Positions 62,038 through 64,000 of a stretch of 64,000 bases of DNA are shown here, piece by piece (within the stretch, counting starts at the first letter, position 1; each line of letters starts with the position of its first letter). Location of the stretch: positions 210,196 through 274,195 of the forward strand of contig NIVC01000697.1 in the NCBI GenBank assembly GCA_002269645.1, written 5' to 3'. Both the position numbers and the translations under genes were made by a program. This DNA comes from Macrostomum lignano (lineage: Eukaryota). The notes beneath the pieces were generated by a model, which searched no databases, was not told the DNA's origin, and saw only the letters and a list, made by a program, of their open reading frames with translations.

Positions 62038-62116
62038 CTGCGCACAATTTATTTAATCCCAAACAGTAATTAGCCAGATCGAAAAGTCACCAAAATAGAG
62101 AGACTGTCCAAACTAC

Positions 62117-62666
62117 TCCAGCACTTCCGCGCGCTTCTGCGCCACGCGCTCCTGGCGCCGCTTCCTGGCCTCTCTGGCGCGGGTCCGCCTGGCCTCGGCC
62201 TGGTCCATGAGCTGCTTAGTGCGAGCCCGCTCCGCCTTCTTCCTGTGGATGTGCTCAACCAGCACGCGCTTGTTCTTGAACCCGTTGCCCTTGCAGCTCA
62301 TGTACAGCTGGTGGTACAGGTGCTTGTCGAGCTTCTTAGCCTCGCGGTAGCGCTTGAGCAGGCGGCGAAGCACGCGCATGCGGCGCATCCAGAGCACCTT
62401 CTCGGCATGCGCGCGTTAGCCGTGCCCTTGCGCTTGCCCTGGCCCATGTGGCGGCCCTTGCGCCTGGCGATCAGGTTCTTGCGGCAGCGGGCACGCGAGT
62501 GGACAGCAACCGGCTTGCGGATGATCAGGCCGTCCTTGACCAGCTTGCGAATGTTCTGCGACTGTTGGCATTGGCGATCTCGCTGTTCTCGTTGGGATCC
62601 AGCCAGATCTTGGCTTTGCCGCACTTCAGCACGGCAGCGGCAAGCCGCTTTTGCAGGCGCAGGTTG
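62117..62666 (-). CDS. RPL19: 60S ribosomal protein L19 (eL19) main exon, two 1-bp deletions (~62557, ~62403)
   Basis: [26 protein letters not shown]...[29 protein letters not shown]...[36 protein letters not shown]...[11 protein letters not shown]; cacag acceptor at 62667. Confidence 0.95.
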
Positions 62667-63564
62667 CTGTGATCGAAGGGGGGGTTGTGAGATTTTATAG
62701 CACTGGGTCATTGTCAAATTATGTTAGCGGGGCTAGCGTGATAATAAATTTGATAATAAAATAAGGCAATTCTAGAATAATCACTATAAGTTTATAGCAC
62801 TCTCACTTCATTTTCAGTGCATGATAGACATGGGTCAAGTGAAGTGAGTAACGAGTACAACTAAATTATGTAATAGACCAATAACGGCATTATTATATTT
62901 TTGTATTTAATTTATCATAAATGGACAATTGTAATAAACCAATTACAACTTGAGCCAACTAATTCAATAAAAGTTAGGTAATCCATCTTTTAAGTACATG
63001 GTTATGTAATACAAGTTTACAATTAATGGTTTTGTTGTGACACAAAAGATTTTATGACTATAGAAACATGTTGACTATGCTGTATGGAAAGGCAGAATTA
63101 GAAAAATATATAAAATTGGAGGGCAGATTTTAACTCACAAGTAAAGGCACTACAATATACACTAGAGGGGTGCAATACCAAGCAAACTGAAGGCAGTGAG
63201 GACCTTTTTTAGGGCAAAGTTTATAACAGTTATTAGGAGGCTTAGGAGGCTTAGTTTTGGTTTATCATTATATTTTCTTACAATTTTTTTAGGTCTTCAT
63301 AAAAAGAAGAAGGCACCAGCTTTGGTGGCTCCTTGACCATAGCTTATCAATTTTAAATTTACAGTTGATCAATTTTGACAATTTTGGTTTATTCAAAAAA
63401 TAAGTTGTTTTTGCAAAGTAATATTTAATTGAATGATACAATTGTATGTTCTTTAATCTTTATCTTAGAATAAATAGTACTATACTTATATTATGGTAAT
63501 ATAATATTAGTGTTTTTACTATTGTATAATTGTTATTTTTATATTAAGGTCTCTTCAATGCAAA

Positions 63565-63573
63565 GTAAGCAAA

Positions 63574-63604
<31 letters not shown>

Positions 63605-63655
63605 ATGAATGATAAATAAATAGATAAATAGATAAATAAATCTTTAATAAATAAA
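63565..63655. repeat. (TAAA)n microsatellite
   Basis: Direct inspection. Confidence 0.9.
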
Positions 63656-64000
63656 TGTTAAATATTATTTATCATTTGTTTAGTTATAAGCATAGAGATA
63701 AGTAAAAAACATATTTGTATACAATACAAGGTTGCATAAATTAATTATATATACTTAAATCATAACTTCTTGTTTACTTTAATAGTATTCTTTGTTTATA
63801 TTTGACATATAGCATCTATATTGATCTTTTTATTTTTTATTACTTTTGCTTAATACTAGGGACTCTAATAATAAGATTTAAAAGTTTATAGCATATTAAA
63901 AGATATATCCTAACTAGAGATGTTCAAAAGTGCACTTGGTACAATGATGAGTGCAAAGTGCAAATGAAAAGTGCATTTTCTCTTGAAATAAAAAATTGAA

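Overview
Eukaryotic, intron-rich, minisatellite-dense genomic DNA. The GC-rich exons and repeat style resemble a repeat-rich invertebrate such as the flatworm Macrostomum (inference). Recognisable contents: (1) the 3' half of a type I phosphatidylinositol-4-phosphate 5-kinase gene (+, exons ~281-11190), whose intron holds a near-complete 4.5-kb Ingi/I-group non-LTR retrotransposon (tandem PHD fingers, APE, RT, RNase H, CCHC-type tail; two frameshifts) apparently nested in an LTR-element integrase tail; (2) an atypical voltage-gated proton channel (Hv family) gene (+, core exons 47826-57499) with the selectivity Asp intact, only two S4 arginines (LxWRxxR) and a ~160-aa glycosylation-ready S1-S2 loop; (3) an intron-containing ribosomal protein L19 gene (-, 61989-62666) with two 1-bp deletions that look like consensus errors; (4) a degenerate RT fragment, a tRNA-derived SINE family, several TIR/foldback elements including 32-43-bp hairpin elements with 8-bp target duplications, and about 30 distinct mini/microsatellite arrays. 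Most long ORFs in the supplied track are repeat artefacts. All exon models were built by eye from homology recall and splice-phase matching; repeat boundaries are approximate.
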